In this document: positions 1-11,460 of the stretch, one piece after another
Position numbering within the stretch: the stretch's first letter is position 1
Layout: every line of letters begins with the position of its first letter
DNA from: Octopus vulgaris
Taxonomy: Eukaryota
Assembly: GCA_951406725.2 (NCBI GenBank)
Contig: OX597820.1
Location: 29,388,001-29,452,000, forward strand
Length of the DNA stretch: 64,000 nucleotides
Direction of reading: 5' to 3'
The notes under the pieces: model-generated
What the model was told of the DNA's origin: nothing
The model's input: only the letters and a program-made list of their open reading frames with translations
Databases searched by the model: none
Made by a program: the position numbers and the translations under genes

Positions 1-265
1 TGACCGTTGCCATCCTCGCCTGGCCCCCGTGCCGGTGGCACATAAAAAGCACCATCCGATCGTGGCCGTTTGCCAGACTCATCTGGCACGTAAAAAGCAC
101 CCACTACACTCATGGAGTGGTTGGCATTAGGAAGGGCATCCAGCCGTAGAAACATTGCCAGATCAAACTGGGCCTGGTGCAGCCTTCTGGCTTCCCAGAC
201 CCCAGTTGAACCATCCAACCCATGCTAGCATGGAAAGCGGACGCTAAACGATGATGATGATGATG
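1..265 (+). mobile_element. 3' tail of RTE-type LINE / RTE-tailed SINE (family C)
   Basis: gtggcacgtaaaaagcacccactacac...ttaggaagggcatccagc...aacccatgctagcatgga ending in (GAT)n. The same tail follows RTE ORF-end sequence at 9025. Confidence 0.8.
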
Positions 266-301
<36 letters not shown>

Positions 302-358
302 CATATAATGACGGGACACGTGTCCTTGTCTCTGAATTATAAGTTAGTTATTGAGGCC

Positions 359-472
359 GGTTACTGATGAGAAATTCTCCTTGCAATAATATTGTTTTGC
401 TAAATTACCTATTAAAGGATGGCAAATAATAATAATTGTTTGCTAAAGAAATTTTGAAACCATGGTATAACT
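359..472 (+). ncRNA. Minimal type I hammerhead ribozyme motif (Penelope-like type)
   Basis: Stem I ggtta(359-363)/taact(468-472); CTGATGA 364-370; stem II gaaatt/aatttt with a large loop; GAAA 456-459; palindromic stem III C-CATG-G; GUA cleavage triplet 465-467. Confidence 0.65.
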
Positions 473-625
473 AATAATAAATAACAAGGTAAAAGTTTTT
501 ATTTTTCAATCCTTTCGAAAATTGCTATTAAATCGTAGTTTTGGCCATGTTGGCTGCTATTTCTAGCATGTAAAAATTACCTGTTAAAAGGTAGTTTTCT
601 CTTGTGTTTAAATGTACACTTTTTT

Positions 626-660
<35 letters not shown>

Positions 661-771
661 TGCCTGTTGCCAAGCAAGGTAATATTTCCCAACGGTTGAT
701 CAGGTGTAATGGTGAGGTTCTTTTACAGCCGTTGCACAATGCCAAGACTAGGAAATACATATACACACATA

Positions 772-1172
772 GGCGCAGGTGTGGCTGTGTGGTAAGTAGC
801 TTGCTTCCTTACCACATGCAGGTGCAATCCCACTGTGTGGCACCTTCAGCAAGCGGCTTCTACTATAGCCCCAGGGCAACCAAAGCCATGTGAATAGATT
901 TGGTAGGTGGAAACTGAAAGAAGCCCATCGTATAAGTATGTATATATCTGTGTGTCTGTCTGTTTTTGTCTCCTCATCACCACTTGATAACCAGTGTTGG
1001 TGTGTTTACATCCCTGTAACTTAACAGTTCAGCAAAAGAGGTTGATAGAGTAAGTACTAGGCTTTAAAAAAATGCAAATCCTGAAGTCGATTTGTTCGAC
1101 TAAAAACCCTTCAAGGCAGTGCTCCAGCATGACCACAGTCAAATGACTGAAACAAGTAAAAAAAATAAAAGA
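772..1172 (+). mobile_element. Full-length tRNA-derived SINE family A (CORE-like head, internal TA/TG microsatellite)
   Basis: A-box-like tggctgtgtggt, gcaccttcagcaag CORE-like block, 3' gactgaaacaagtaaaa. More than 10 related copies in the window. Confidence 0.85.
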
Positions 1173-1536
1173 ATACACATACATCTATACAGCAGGTTTC
1201 TTTCAGTTTCTCTCAATCAAATCCACTCGGCACACTTTGGTCAGCCAGTGGCTATAGCACAAGGCTATTGCCCAAGGTGGCATGCAGTGGGACTGAAACC
1301 TTGAATCCATGTTCTTCATCACAGAAAATTAGACGAAATGTTTATGAAAGAGATAACAGGTCACAAAAATGTGACAACACAGAAAAATTAACGAGAGTCA
1401 AATCCTATGAGCAAACAATAAAGAATCCTCTGCTTGAATAAATATAAACAAACATTATTTTCAACAGTTTCCCACTTTTTATTCTTCCTTCATTAACTAA
1501 TTAACAAAATTACTCAGCTGAATTTTTTTTTTGCCT

Positions 1537-1572
1537 GTATTATTATTATTATCATTATTAATAATATTATTA

Positions 1573-1604
<32 letters not shown>

Positions 1605-1670
1605 GTTATTATTATTATTATTGTTATTGTTATTATTATTATTATTGTTATTGTTATTATTATTATTATT
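1537..1670. repeat. (TTA)n/(TTG) microsatellite
   Basis: Direct trinucleotide run; source of the poly-N and poly-L ORFs. Confidence 0.95.
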
Positions 1671-2619
1671 GTTTTCTACAAACTCACACACAGACATGCC
1701 TGCAAACACTCCTACGCATACCCACACACTCATTCATTCACAGCGTCACGTCATTGATTTTATTATGTTGTTATTGTGTCAATATTACTGTTCCAATAAT
1801 ATTAATTTAATTTTAATTCCATACGTTAACACAAAACCAACTTTTTAGGCAAAGTGGAATTCAGGACTGTAATAGTCTTACCTTTGTTTAGAGTTGTGGT
1901 GCCAAGCCTTTTTTTTCTTTTTTAATTATATTTGGTCTTCTTTGGTTTTTCATTTTGTTTTGTTTTTTGTAGCGCCCAATGTATGAAGATTTTAATTAAC
2001 TAATTGACAAAATTGCAATTACTAGGTGGTTTTCTTTATGGATGTTTTTTTTCTTTGCTTTATTGTCTACATGTTAAAATTTATTGTTAAGTTGAATATT
2101 ATAGATTATTTTACTTTAAAAAATGCCACAAAACATATTTCTCTTAAATGCATCCATGTTGTTGTTTGGTACCAGATTAGCCCTGATTGAGGTGATCTTT
2201 CATCAGAGGCACTCCAGCAATGAACAATCCACCTTTTTTCTTTCCTCTTTCTTCTGGCATAATATACCTTGGACTACATTATTTCAGTGTAATCTTCCAT
2301 TCTGAAGTCAGTAGAGGCTTGTCATTTGAGGGAGATTTTGCTGCTGTTTCCAGCAAGTCAAGTAATTATATAGATGCTCTTTCTCTCTCTCTCTTTGGTT
2401 TGTCTTCAATAAAGTCATTAGTATAGGTGACTCACTAGTGTGGTTAAAAATTCTGCTTCCCAATGACATGGTTTGGGGTTAAGTCTTTGTGGCATGGCTT
2501 TTTGAGCAAGTGTTCTCTGCAATAGTGTCAGGCAAACCAAACCCTTGTGAATTGATTTGGTTAGCAGAAACTAAATGGGCCCTGCTCTGTGTGTGTATAT
2601 GTGTATTTATATATGTGTG

Positions 2620-2810
2620 TGTGGCAAGTAAAAAACACCCACTACACTCGCGGAGTGGTTGGCGTTAGGAAGGGCATCCAGCCGTAGAAACACTGCCAGA
2701 TCTGACTGGGCCTGACGAAGCCTTCCAGCTTCACAGACCCCAGTTGACCCGTCCAACCCATGCTAGCATGGAAAGCGGACGCTAAATGATGATGATGATG
2801 ATGATGATAT
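2620..2810 (+). mobile_element. RTE-type 3' tail (family C)
   Basis: Same tail as 1-265, ends in (GAT)n. Confidence 0.8.
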
Positions 2811-2824
2811 ATATATATATATAT

Positions 2825-3118
2825 AGTTGAAAATATGTGGATAAAAAAATATAAAAAGTAGAAGAGAAATGCCTTCGTTTCATATAGTTTAATATCTTTT
2901 TATAAATATATAAATATATACATATTATTTGGATATCATGAAATTCAATCAGTTTTTGCTATTTAAATTAGCTTTTGAAAAGCTAATTTAAATAGCAAAA
3001 ACCAGCTGGATTTCACAACATCCATATAATATGTATATATTTATAAAAAGATATTAAACTATATGAAACAAAGGCATTTCTCTTCCATCTTTTTATAATT
3101 TTTTTTCCATTTTCAACT
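2825..3118. repeat. ~290-bp foldback palindrome
   Basis: Perfect 25-bp arms 2952-2976 and 2978-3002 around a 1-nt spacer; imperfect pairing extends to agttgaaaat/attttcaact. Confidence 0.9.
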
Positions 3119-3181
3119 CATAATTTTGCCACATGGTGTATACTGAATCTTCAATTTCTTTGTACCTTGTATATGTGTATA

Positions 3182-3241
<60 letters not shown>

Positions 3242-3321
3242 AAAGAAATAATTGAGATTCAGTAGAATTAGGTACTTAAGCTGAAGCACCAAATCAGTCC
3301 GGTATTATCTGCACAGCTTGA

Positions 3322-5702
3322 AGTAAGGATTGTGGTTCATTTCTCATTTATTTGCCTTTTTATCAACTACTAAATCTAAGACTAGATGACTGTGTCTGTT
3401 TGGAATGAAGACCAAGAGTGAGTTGACAGCTCATGGATGTGTATGGTCATAAATATTGTCAAAATATTAATAGTAAATTAGGTATAAAGTAGCTGTCTAT
3501 ATAGGAGGCTGGGTAGGGGAAGACCCTAAATCATGATGTTAATTACTAGTTAAAGGGGCAAGGACACTAATAAAACCTATGATGTCAATACAGAGGAAAT
3601 TTTATCATGGGATACTATGGGTGATTGTTTATAAACAATATTGTTATATTATATAAAGATAAAATTAAGATTATCAAAAATGATATCATTACCAAAATAG
3701 GTAAAATGTGTATGTGTGTATATATATATATATATATATCAATTTTCAACATTAAAAAGGAAAGATTACTTAGAATTATTGTAATAGTCATTCATGTACT
3801 TAATTATTTACTTATTAGGTGGTTTCTATAAAGATTGCTCTGGGTATTTGCTTATAGAATACTGGAAAGATAAACATACTATCTATATATTAATTATAAG
3901 CCAAGAATCAGAAAAAATAAAGATGTTTACAGATACCTACACATATTTATCTATGTGCACACATGCACACCTACATAAATATTTATACATTTATATGGAT
4001 ATAGTACTACCATCTCGCATATGTTATAAGCTATATGTTATAGTATGCGGTGTGCTATATGTAATTACTATCCCATGAAAACTCTTGCCTAGTTAGTCTG
4101 ACTTCATCATGTTTTAGGTGATTAAACTATTTGTTCCTTTCTTTGATGTTCTACCCTACTGATCATATTATGTATAGTTGTAATGGCTTTTATGTAAGTA
4201 AGTCTCACTTGAAACTATAAAATCATATATGTAATAGTACCTGTAACATTACAACTTATAAAATCTCTTCGGTCGGAATACCTTCAACTGCCCTAACTAC
4301 TCCCATACCTACTGCCTCCTCTTTTAGGCTTACCTTTATCTCTTCCCCACCTCAAATTTTAATACCCTGTCCCTTTAAATGTAAGTTATATATATTTCTT
4401 ATCATTTTCTATAAATTCTTCTTTTTTTTTTTTCTTACTTTGATATCTTTACCTAATAACCTCTTATCCCTTAAAATTGTTACTGTTCTTAAATAGAGTT
4501 TTTCAGCTACTAGGTCTATGCAAGATGGTTTTACTGTATCCATATAAACATATAAATACTTGTTTATGTGTGTATATATGCATATATGTGCATAACCTAT
4601 TAACCTCTTATCCCTTATAAATTGTTATAGTTCTTGTTCGTAAATAGATACTTTTTAGTTACTTAAGCCTAGGTGAGATGGTTATATATTTATCCATAGA
4701 AACGTGTAAATATTTATGTAGGTGTGCATGTGTGCACATAGATAAATATGTGTGTGTATCTGTAAACATCTTTATTTTTTCTGATTCTTGACTTATAATT
4801 AATATATAGATAGCATGTTTATTGCCCGGGTATGTAAGAGCCCCTAGTAGGCAACGACTAATCCCAATCTAGTCCTTTCCCTCTAGGGAACGAAGGCGCA
4901 TGTGTAGGTTGCAATGTCTTCTCTTCACTCGAATACTTCTGTGTATACGATGTTCCTAGCTGTCCCTTTGGGCGAAAACATGAAAACATCATTGCGCCTC
5001 CCAACGCGTGAACAGCCCACGTACAGCCCAGAAAATGTGTTGCATATAAAAAGCTTAGATTCTCGACCCTATGTCGAATTTATCGATCTTTTCAGAACTG
5101 GGGGAACTTTTCAAAATTTTCGCTGCGTTAGTTTTGAATTATGACATTGGGCTATGTATGTGTCAAGTTTCATCAGAATCGGTTGAGAGATATAGATAGC
5201 ATGTTTATCTTTCCAGTATTCCATAAGTAAATAATTAAGTACATGAATGAATATTAGACTAACTCTATGTAATCTTTCCTTTTTAATGTTGAAAATTGAT
5301 ATATATACACATTTTACCTATTTTGGTTATGATATCATTTTTGATAATCTTAAATTTTATCTTTGTATAATATAACAATATTGATTATAAACAATCACCC
5401 ATAGTACCTCATGACAAAATTTCCTCTGTTTTAATATCATAGGTTTTATTAGTGCCTTGCCCCTTTAACTTGTAATTAACATCATGATTTAGGGTCTTCC
5501 CCTACCCAGCCTCCTTTATAGACAGTTACTTTATACCTAATTTACTACTACTAATATTTTGACAATATTTATGACCATACCTAGCCATGAGCTGTCAACT
5601 CACTCTTGGCCTTCATTCCAAACAGCCACAGTCCTCTCTAGTCTTAGATTTAGTAGTTGATAAAAAGGCAAATAAATTAGAAATGAAACACAATCCTTTA
5701 CT
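3322..5702. repeat. Large inverted repeat, arms ~700 bp (3322-4018 vs 4673-5702), probably Penelope-like-derived
   Basis: Right arm is the reverse complement of the left, e.g. gggtaggggaagaccctaaatcatgatgttaatta vs taattaacatcatgatttagggtcttcccctaccc. The right arm carries an insertion. Confidence 0.9.
4823..5189. mobile_element. Helitron-like internal fragment inserted with a 19-bp direct duplication
   Basis: atatagatagcatgtttat at 4804-4822 and 5190-5208. The insert is absent from the left IR arm and contains tgtgtcaagtttcatcagaatcggttga, typical of non-autonomous Helitron-like repeats. Confidence 0.6.
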
Positions 5703-5859
5703 GGCTATGACCCCAGTAAGTTTCGTGCTTTTCTTGGAAGGGTAGTATATTCTTGGCTGCAATAGCGACAACATGGATTTCTTCCATCTTCTTGTTCTGT
5801 TAAAGTATTCGAGTAAAATTATATTAATGTGTCCGACTGATTAAAAATTCTATTTATTT

Positions 5860-5947
5860 GTGCAGCTGATGATAGCCATGCATTTAAATTGATATAACGG
5901 TTGCATTGTTCAATTAAATGGAGCTGCTTGAAACGGTCGTACTGCAT
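5860..5947 (+). ncRNA. Minimal type I hammerhead ribozyme motif
   Basis: Stem I tgcag(5861-5865)/ctgca(5942-5946); CTGATGA 5866-5872; long stem II (agc/gct, catttaaattga/tcaattaaatg) with a T-T mismatch at its base; GAAA 5930-5933; C-GGTC-G; GUA 5939-5941. Confidence 0.7.
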
Positions 5948-5973
5948 CACTACTTGATATCCTGTTGCTTATT

Positions 5974-6005
<32 letters not shown>

Positions 6006-6006
6006 G

Positions 6007-6153
6007 AGTAGCTGTGTGATAAGAACCTTGCTTCCCAACCACATGGTTCTGGGTTCAGGGTCACTGTGTGGCACGTTTGGCAAGTGTCTTCTACTATAGC
6101 CTACCGACCAAAGCCTTGTGAGTGGATTAGACAGAAGCTAAAAGAAGACTGTC

Positions 6154-6160
<7 letters not shown>
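6007..6160 (+). mobile_element. SINE family A, 5' half
   Basis: ttgcttcccaaccacatggttctgggttca...ggcaagtgtcttctactatagcc. Confidence 0.75.
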
Positions 6161-6191
<31 letters not shown>

Positions 6192-7100
6192 TCATACACA
6201 CACACATATATATAGAAGAAAAGAGGTATTAAAAGAAATTTGGTTAACAATATTCAACAATTAGGCACCAGTAAATATAAGTAAAATACAGATCCCAGAT
6301 AAATCCAAGATATCTTTTGGCAGTGGTATGATAGTTGTGGATGAGTGTCACTATCATGGAAGTGTTGTCATTCATTTTTTTCCTTCCATGAAACCATGTC
6401 CAGTCAAGAAGCAATGTTACCTTTCTTGTTAACAAATGAGGATTGGCAACAGGAGAAGCATCCAGTGATAGAAAATCTGCCTCAGCAAGTTCTGTGTGAC
6501 CCATGCAAGCATGGAATTTAATATCATCATCATGATATTAAAATCATGATGATGATGATAAACTCAGCCATCAAAGGTCGAGCAAATAACCTTTTCTGGA
6601 TTTTTTTTTTTTTCGTATAATGTTGCTGGAAACAAATATTTATTCTCTTTATTTGATTATTTCTCCTCTTTAGAAACCAATCTATTTTTGTCTCCGTGCC
6701 ATTCTCTGTTGAAAACAGCTGATTCTTGTTAATGACAATCACTTTGTTATATTCCTGCAAAAATAAGTGTGAATGAATACATAGCTGTATGATTAGGAAT
6801 CTTACTTTGTATCTCAAAATTCTAGGTTCAATCTCAGTGTACAGCACTTAGGGAAAGTAATTTCTGCTGTAATCTCAGTGGGACTATAACTTATGTGGAA
6901 TTTGGTAGGTGAAATGTGTAGAAGGCCATTATATATATATATTTGATGTACGAAAGCCCATAATAGAAGTGTGTATGTATGTGTGTAATGGTGCTAGCAT
7001 GGCTAAGTGGTAAAGAAATTCACTTCTCAACCACATGATTTCAGATTCAGTCCCACTCTATAGCATGTCGGTCAAGTGTTTTCCACTATAGCCCTTGAAT

Positions 7101-7173
7101 GGCTATGAGGGTCCATCCATGTAAAATAGGAATCACAGGGGTTCCATGGGCAAGAAATGGTTGAGAACCACTG
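7101..7173 (-). mobile_element. hAT MITE terminal fragment
   Basis: Ends ggttgagaaccactg (hAT-Charlie-type TIR); approximate reverse complement of 7415-7490. Confidence 0.6.
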
Positions 7174-7414
7174 ATTTAAATGATAAATACCCAAATGGTG
7201 GGCTTTTTAACATTGTGTCTAATAGGATGCCAACTAATGAAGTTATACTGAGTCTCAAAAGGACACGATACTTATGTTGAGCCAGTTGGGAAGCCACCGC
7301 AGGTCTAGAAGTACTCTCCCTACTTAAGACAAATGCCCTCACCCCTACTTTTGTACACCAGCCAACAAACATTCTCACCACCCTCATCTTTTAGCTACAA
7401 GTGTTCTTCTACAT

Positions 7415-8039
7415 CAGTGACTCTCAACCATTTTTTCCCTATGGATCCTTTCGATCCTTGTTTTACTCAGGTGGGCCCTCATAACCATTTGATGTTTCAA
7501 AAAATCCCATTATAGTTTTATAATTAAACTAGCAGTATAGCCCAGCATTGCTCGGGTTTGTTTTCTTTTCGACCCTTTAGAATTGGAATTTTTGAAAAGC
7601 AAAAATTTTGCATTATATAACTTGTTATTCTCTTTAAGTAAACATTTTTCTGGTTGAAGTACACCGAAAAATGGCGACACAGCAGTCAAATAATCATAAA
7701 AAATAGGGATTTTCATAGAAAAAAAGCACCTTTTTTATGTAAATAATTTTTGGTCTTAACATGGTCCAATTTGAATTTTATCTTTTAAGGAATGAAGAGC
7801 AAGCCTTCTATCATACTCTCAATTTTGGTCAACTTGCGCCACAGGGTCTCAGAGGAGATAGTTTTAGTTGAAGGCTACCAAACCTGCCATACACAGACAA
7901 CTTCAGCTTTATATATAAAGATATTATTAGGAACTGTGTAAAAAAAATTGATATAGTTCATGTATTTTAGGTGTATAATCAATTTATTGCATATAAATTT
8001 TAATAACAAAATCTTATGGATCCTGGTTGAGAGCCACTC
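7415..8039 (+). mobile_element. hAT-type MITE interrupted by a Helitron
   Basis: TIRs cagtgactctcaacca / tggttgagagccact. Confidence 0.65.
7529..7921 (-). mobile_element. Non-autonomous Helitron
   Basis: On the - strand it starts TCTTTATATATAAA and ends with a cccgagcaatgctggg hairpin plus CTAG. Inserted between host A and T with no TSD. Confidence 0.8.
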
Positions 8040-8323
8040 TATATAGTCTATCAACTTGCTGGAAATAGCAGCTAAATCTCCCTCAAAGTACACTATTGAT
8101 TTCTTTTTAAAGATAATGTAGAAATGATGCATTTGTTAATGTAGTTCAAGATGTACTGTGGTTGCACAAAAAGCAGAGAGAATGGTCAAGAGCTGATATG
8201 GGGTTAAATAATAGCAGAAACAACAATCTTAGTAATGTTGTTAATGGCCCGAGATAATAATTATTTTATTTCAGTTGTTTGTCTATTTATTTCATTAAAA
8301 AAATTTTTTTCGCACTTTTCCAG

Positions 8324-8380
8324 GGTTGGGCATCGTTTGCGCTCAGTGCCAGCAAATTTGCTGCTGTTGCTTCAGAAAAG
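8324..8380 (+). CDS. ARFGAP1: Internal coding exon of ADP-ribosylation factor GTPase-activating protein 1 (ALPS1 region), GWASFALSASKFAAVASEK
   Basis: Acceptor ttttttcgcacttttccag, donor AAG/gtatga, 57 nt, phase 0-0, no stop. The peptide resembles vertebrate ArfGAP1 GWSSFTTGASRFASAAKEG (recalled, not aligned). Confidence 0.75.
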
Positions 8381-8539
8381 GTATGACCTTTCGATATTAA
8401 TTTCTTTTTATCTCTTTTTATTTATTCATTTTTGTAATCTTTACTTGTGAAAAGATAAAAAAAAGAAAGTATAGTTCTTCTTCTTCATCATGATGATCAT
8501 CATCATTAACATCATCATCATCATTTGGTTGGCAGGTGG

Positions 8540-9000
8540 GGGTGGGTCAATAAAGTACCAGTTAACTATTTGGGTCGGTGTAATCAAATTACCCACTAGC
8601 CCCAAATTTCTAGCCTTGTGCCTATAGTAGACTCTATAGTTATTATCATTATGGCAACAAGCCAGTAGAATCATTATGGTGGAGAATATGCTTAAGGCAT
8701 TTCTTCCTGCTCTTTATGTGCGAGTTCAAATCCTGCTGAGGTTGACTTTATCTTTCATCCTTTCAGGGTCAATAAAATAAAGTACCAGTTTGTTTACTAG
8801 GGATGATGTTATCATCTTGCCTGCACCCCTCTGTATGGCTGGCTTTGTGCTAAAATTAGAAACCATTATTGTTCATCGTCATCATCAAGCGAGCTGGCAA
8901 AATAACCAGCACACTGGACAAAATTCTTATCAGCATTTCTTCCAGTTTTACACTTCTAAGTTCAAATGCCACTGTGGATGACATTGTCTTACATCCTGGG
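8540..9000 (+). mobile_element. Cluster of degenerate SINE family B (Meta-domain) copies
   Basis: ctttcatcctttcagggtcaataaaataaagtaccag motif plus gagttcaaat B-box. Confidence 0.7.
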
Positions 9001-9024
9001 CTACTAAGATAGAATAAATACAAG

Positions 9025-9495
9025 GGACCGAGACCTTTGGAGATAAGCTGTTATTGAGAAGACCCAGCAAGTAAAGTGAGATTGCAGCTGCAGCCAATAC
9101 CAGTGTCGCATAACCGGCCCATTTAAAAGTACCCTTGAATCGCTGGATGACATGCTGTGCTTGAGAAGACCTGTTGAGTCAAGTGAAATCACAGTCGTGC
9201 CCAATGCCAGTGCCATCTGACTGGCACCTGTGCTGGGGGCACATAAAAATCACCATCCGAACATGGTCGATGCTGGTGCCCCCTGATTGGCCTTTGTGCC
9301 AGTGGCACGTAAAAAGCACCCACTACACTCTCAGAGTGGTTGGTGTTAGGAAGAGCATCCAGCTGTATAAATCTTGCCAGATCAGATTGGAGCCTGGTGC
9401 AGCCTACTGGCTTGCTAGTCCTCCGTCAAACCATCCAACTCATGCCAGTATGGAAAATGGACATTAGACAACAATGATGATAATGATGATGATGA
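9025..9495 (+). mobile_element. RTE LINE 3' end with repetitive 3' UTR
   Basis: gaccgagacctttggaga (DRDLW) ORF end, followed by the family C tail and (GAT)n. Confidence 0.8.
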
Positions 9496-10091
9496 CCAGT
9501 TGCACACTATAAGAATAATATAATTGACTAGCCCCCTTTCTGTAAAATTGCTGGCCTTGTGCTCATAGCAGAAAGAATTATTGTTATTAAGGTGAAATGA
9601 CAAAACCATTAGAGCACTGTAAAAAAAGCTTTGCACAATTTTCTTCAGCTCTTTATGTTTTAAGTTCAAATCCTATCACTGTCTACTTTACCTTTCATCC
9701 CTCTGGGTCCATTAAAATAAACCACCATTCAAGTATTGGGGTTGAATTTTTGAGAAGGGATGGGGGTTATTGACTAATCCCTTTCCTCTCAAAATTGCTG
9801 GCCTTGTGTCATAATCAGAAACCATTATGGTTGTTGTCGTTGTTGCAGTTATTTTTTCATTCTTAATTTGTTAGCCGAGGCATTTGGTTTATTTTGTTTG
9901 TTTTCCTTTTTTCACGGGTGTCTTCTTTTTGCATGGGTACTTGTCTTTGTTGTTTTTCAGCCAAAACAAACTGACCACTTTTTTATATTGATTTTTACTT
10001 ACATTATGAGTATTTTGTTGGTTTTAAAGTAGGTTTCCATATTGCTGTTACAATGATCTGGTTATTGTTGTTGTTATTAGTTTACTACTTA

Positions 10092-10300
10092 AGATAACAA
10101 GCTGGCAGAATTATTACTATGCTGGGAAAAATGCTTAGCAACATTTCCTCTGACTTTATGTTCTGAGTGCACATGCCGCCCGGGTCGACTTTGCCTTTCA
10201 TCCTCTTGGGGTCAATAAAATAAGTGCCACTTGAACATTGGGGGTCAATGTAATCAACTTACTCCTCTCTGAAATTGCTAGCCTTGTGCCAAAATTAAAA
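10092..10300 (+). mobile_element. SINE family B (Meta-domain)
   Basis: gctggcagaat...gtcgactttgcctttcatcct...ggtcaataaaataagt. Confidence 0.75.
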
Positions 10301-10303
10301 ATC

Positions 10304-10335
<32 letters not shown>

Positions 10336-10339
10336 TATT

Positions 10340-10825
10340 AATATTATTATTGAGTGATTGAGTGAGAGAGCAGCGCATGCCAACAAAGTGACACTAGGGT
10401 AAAATATACGAAACCCAATATACCCATCATGACTACCCACCTGATAAGAGTACACCAGGCACATGCATCACAACCATATGTGCTCGACATGGTGATCTCA
10501 TATCAAGATAAACAGCGCATGGCCTTGCAGGTGGGGCTCAGCTAGAATTTTCTTCAGGTCGAGTAGCCCATCCCACTCAAAAAGTTTTTGAATAAGGGTT
10601 GTTTAAGGATGTTGAACAAAACACCCATATTTCCAGAGGTGAATTATTCAAACCCCCAAAAATTCCTCACAACACTTTGATACTATATTCCCCCACTACT
10701 TCTGCTCATGATGAAAGATGCACATATGGTCAACCACCAAGGGATATGCTCAACTGGTTACGGTCAAACAACTGACAAGCAAATCTGTGGTATTGAGCAG
10801 AATATTTGTTGTAGCCCATCTGTTA
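10340..10825 (-). mobile_element. Unclassified retroelement 3' region with (AAT)n tail
   Basis: Higher-GC block bounded by (TTA)n on both sides; ends ...ctctctcactcaat(aat)n on the - strand. Confidence 0.45.
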
Positions 10826-10861
10826 TTATTATCATTATTATTGTTATTATTATTATTATTA

Positions 10862-11460
10862 AGGTGGTGAGCTAGCAGAATCGTTAGCACGTTGGGCGAA
10901 ATGCTTTGCGGCACTTCGTCTGCCTGCATGTTCTGAGTTCAAATTGCACCGAGGTGGACTTTGCCTTTCATCCTTTCAGGGTCAATAAACTAAGTACCGG
11001 TGTAACACTGAGGTCAATGTAATTGACTAGTCCCCTCCCCCAAAATTTCGGGCCTTGTGCTTATAGTAGAAAGGATTATTATTATTAAGGTGGGCTAACA
11101 GAGCCGTTAGTACACTGGGTAAAATGCTTAGCGGCATTTCATCCATCTTTACATTCTGAGTTCAAATTCTGCTGAGATCAACTTTACATTTCATCCTTTC
11201 AGGTTCAATAGAATAAGTACCAGTTGAATACTGGGGTCAATGTAATCAACATAACCCTCTCCAAAATTTTTCAGGCTTTGTACCTATAATAGAATTATTA
11301 TTGTTATTGTTGTTAAGGTAGTAAACTAGTAGAATGATTGGACAAAATCCTCAATGATATTTTTTTTCCAACTTTTGCAATCTGATTTCAAATTCTTCCA
11401 TGGTCAACTTTGCCATACATTCTTTCAGGGTCTCTAAAATATGTACTATTTGAGCAGCGG
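10862..11460 (+). mobile_element. Head-to-tail array of three SINE family B copies
   Basis: Copies start near 10862, 11088 and 11316, each preceded by (TTA)n-aagg. Confidence 0.8.

Noticed and set aside
1497-1848. Poly-N / poly-L ORFs
   Set aside because: Translations of a (TTA)n microsatellite.
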